This document shows positions 15,364 through 17,332 of a stretch of DNA of 17,332 bases, in pieces. A program made the position numbers and the translations under genes. The notes beneath the pieces are model-generated. The model had not been told where the DNA came from, made no database searches, and saw nothing but the letters and a program-made list of their open reading frames with translations. This DNA comes from Candidatus Eiseniibacteriota bacterium (lineage in GTDB: Bacteria; ARS69). The stretch lies in assembly GCA_052390515.1 (NCBI GenBank), contig JBQTGV010000202.1, forward strand, positions 1-17,332, given 5' to 3'. The number at the start of each line of letters is the position of its first letter. The first letter of the stretch is position 1.

Positions 15364-16553
15364 GACGCGGCCCCGGAGGCGTCGCGCCTCGAGCCTACCT
15401 GGAAGTCGGGACGCAGGATCTCGGCGGCGCGGCCCAGACCGCCGAAGTCGAGCGCGGGGGTCGCGCCCGCCTTCGCGCGGGAGAGCTCCTCATTGATCGC
15501 ACCGGCCAGCGCCGCGGGAGTGAGATCCGAGGGATGGATCATGCGCAGGAGACCCAGGGCTTCCCAGCGGCGCGCGCGCAGGAGCTGCTCCTGCCGCGGC
15601 TGGACGCGGGGAACCACGACGGCTGGCCGGCCGCGGGAGACGATCTCGCACATGGTGTTGTAGCCGGCCATGGCGATGACCAGATCGGCGGCGCGCATCA
15701 GACGGTCCACGCGGCTGGAGTAGTCCACCGCGAAGACGGGGCTGTCGTGCAGCGCGATGCGCTCGTGGATCGCTTCGCGGTGCTCGGCCGGCAGGTCCGG
15801 CCCCGTCAGCACGACGCTCGCGAAGCGACGGCCGACGAGCGGGAGGCAGTTCAGGTAGCTGTCGAGCAGGCGGAACCCGTCCTCACCGCCGCCCACCGTC
15901 ACCAGCACCAGCTTCTTGCGCTTGCGAGGCCGCGGAGCCTCGGGGGCGGGCGCATCGGCCCCGATGTACCCGCAGTAGTGCACCTTCGCGGCGATGTCGG
16001 CGGGCAACCGGTACTCGCGCACCATGTCGAACACCCGCTCTTCGCCCCAGACGAGCACGAGGTCGTAGTAGCGACGGATGACATCGTGGATCCCCTCGCG
16101 CTCCCAGCTGGTGATGACTTCCGCCGGTTCGTCGAGGATGTCGCGGAGGCTGAGCACGACCTGGCAACCGGGGTACTTGGTCCGCGCCAGCTCGAGCGTC
16201 GGGCGCAGCTCCTCGTGCACGCCGACGGGCGCCTTGTCGACCAGGAGGATGTCCGGCGCGAAGTGCTCGAACGTCTCGCGGATGAGCTCCGAGCGGAGCT
16301 TCATGAGGTCGGCGCCGTTGACCAGCAGGTGCCGGGACGCGTACCGTGCGTTGTCGATCTTGCGGACCGCCGGCAGCTTCACGCAGTCGACGTTCGGCGG
16401 CAGCCGAAGAGAGCTGGTGATCGTCGAGCCGGTGAGAATCAGGACCGTGTCATCGGGAGAGTCCGTGGCCAGCTTCCGGCCGATCGCCGAGACCCGGCGG
16501 ATGTGTCCCAGCCCCATCGTGTCGTGGGAGTACAGGAGGATGCGGCGCGCCAT
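15360..16553 (-). CDS. COG4671-like predicted glycosyltransferase (GT-B, GT28-like C-terminal domain)
   Basis: ATG with GGAG RBS. LLYSHDTMGLGH, LLVDKAP, LRDILD, VTVGGGEDG, MAGYNT..E, VPR...EQ..RA. Confidence 0.9.
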   Translation of the reverse strand: MARRILLYSHDTMGLGHIRRVSAIGRKLATDSPDDTVLILTGSTITSSLRLPPNVDCVKLPAVRKIDNARYASRHLLVNGADLMKLRSELIRETFEHFAPDILLVDKAPVGVHEELRPTLELARTKYPGCQVVLSLRDILDEPAEVITSWEREGIHDVIRRYYDLVLVWGEERVFDMVREYRLPADIAAKVHYCGYIGADAPAPEAPRPRKRKKLVLVTVGGGEDGFRLLDSYLNCLPLVGRRFASVVLTGPDLPAEHREAIHERIALHDSPVFAVDYSSRVDRLMRAADLVIAMAGYNTMCEIVSRGRPAVVVPRVQPRQEQLLRARRWEALGLLRMIHPSDLTPAALAGAINEELSRAKAGATPALDFGGLGRAAEILRPDFQVGSRRDASGAAS

Positions 16554-16710
16554 GTGCGGTTCTCCGTCCAGGTCGAGCGGGCCGGGAAGGCCCGATTCGC
16601 GCCAAGAGACGGGCCCGAGGGAGGCGCTGATACGGTCTCTTCACGGTTCCTTGGCGATTCCGGGGGGCGCAGCATCTGTACTTTCCCGCACTCGGCGCCC
16701 TCCGTTTCCG

Positions 16711-16716
16711 TACAAT
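16711..16716 (+). promoter_or_regulatory. Possible -10 element for the cupredoxin gene
   Basis: TACAAT 55 nt upstream of the ATG at 16772 in the divergent intergenic region. No convincing -35. Confidence 0.35.
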
Positions 16717-16771
16717 GGGAGGGGCGAAGGCCGCTCCGGCCGTTCCTGACCCGCATCCCGAGGTGACTTCC

Positions 16772-17176
16772 ATGAGGCTCTCCGCGCTCCCGGCCGCCGG
16801 GCTCGTCGCGCTGGCCGCCGTATCTCCCGCGAAGGGCACCATCCACACCGTGACCCAGGTGGGCACGTCGTTCTCACCGGCGAGCGTCACCGTGGAAGTG
16901 GGGGACACGGTGAAGTGGAACTGGTCCGTGGGCATTCACGACGTGCTGAGCGGCACCGGCCCGACCGACCCGCAGGCCGGGGTGCTGTTCCATAGTGCGC
17001 TATCCGCCGGCGTGCCCACGTTCAGCGTCGTCTTCAACACGCCCGGCACGTTCCCCTACTTCTGCTCCCCGCACTTCGCCTTCGGGATGATCGGCGTCGT
17101 GAACGTCAATCTGCCCACCTCGGCACCGGAAGTGGAGGCCACGAGCTGGAGCCGGGTGAAGCACCTCTACCGGTGA
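16772..17176 (+). CDS. Secreted plastocyanin/azurin-family (type 1 blue copper) protein with C-terminal SWxxVKxLYR tail
   Basis: ATG at 16772 with GAGGTG RBS and a signal peptide. FSP..VTV.VGDTVKW, His in GIHDV, YFCSPHFAFGM (C-x2-H-x4-M). Ends VEATSWSRVKHLYR. Confidence 0.92.
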   Translation: MRLSALPAAGLVALAAVSPAKGTIHTVTQVGTSFSPASVTVEVGDTVKWNWSVGIHDVLSGTGPTDPQAGVLFHSALSAGVPTFSVVFNTPGTFPYFCSPHFAFGMIGVVNVNLPTSAPEVEATSWSRVKHLYR

Positions 17177-17212
17177 CCGCCGACCGCACCTCTTGCCGCA
17201 CACCCACGAGTA

Positions 17213-17240
17213 CGCCCGCCCCCCTCTCGGTGGGCGGGCG
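17213..17240. terminator. GC-rich hairpin downstream of the cupredoxin gene (possible terminator)
   Basis: CGCCCGCCC (17213-17221) / GGGCGGGCG (17232-17240) with inner CC/GG pairs. No U-tract on either side. Confidence 0.4.
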
Positions 17241-17332
17241 ATCGTCATCGTGCTCCCCTGTCGCGTAGCGGTTCAGGGGCTGCGGCTCGCGCGCGGGCTC
17301 CGGCGCCCGCAAGACGAGGGTCGGCGTAGTGC

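Noticed and set aside
7594-16766. Other long plus-strand ORFs (835, 508, 770, 444, 519, 410 aa) and R/P/A-rich alternative-frame ORFs
   Set aside because: All overlap motif-bearing minus-strand genes and have no recognisable domains.
17245-17332. 3' end of a convergent minus-strand CDS at the window edge
   Set aside because: Several frames are open and none has a recognisable motif, so it cannot be supported from this window.

Overview
GC-rich bacterial window. The protein C-terminal motifs resemble those I associate with FCB-superphylum candidate lineages (Eisenbacteria/Krumholzibacteria/Latescibacteria-like); this taxonomy is inference. Most of the window (16553->1987, minus strand) is one tightly coupled 10-gene operon. 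In order it encodes a COG4671-like GT-B glycosyltransferase, two GT4 glycosyltransferases, a fused ABC exporter, two APH/choline-kinase-fold phosphotransferases, and an AlgE-like outer-membrane barrel with N-terminal DUF5666-like repeats. These are followed by two paralogous secreted 5-repeat beta-sandwich proteins with FlgD/T9SS-like C-terminal domains and a Thr-nucleophile sulfatase-superfamily enzyme. This looks like an uncharacterised glycan synthesis, modification and export system pairing an ABC exporter with an AlgE-type porin, with no GT2 synthase or Wzy/Wza in view. Downstream is a probably separately transcribed secreted M43 metalloprotease with a terminator. Upstream and divergent is a secreted plastocyanin-like cupredoxin ending in an SWxxVKxLYR tail. 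No rRNA, tRNA, CRISPR array or mobile element was seen.
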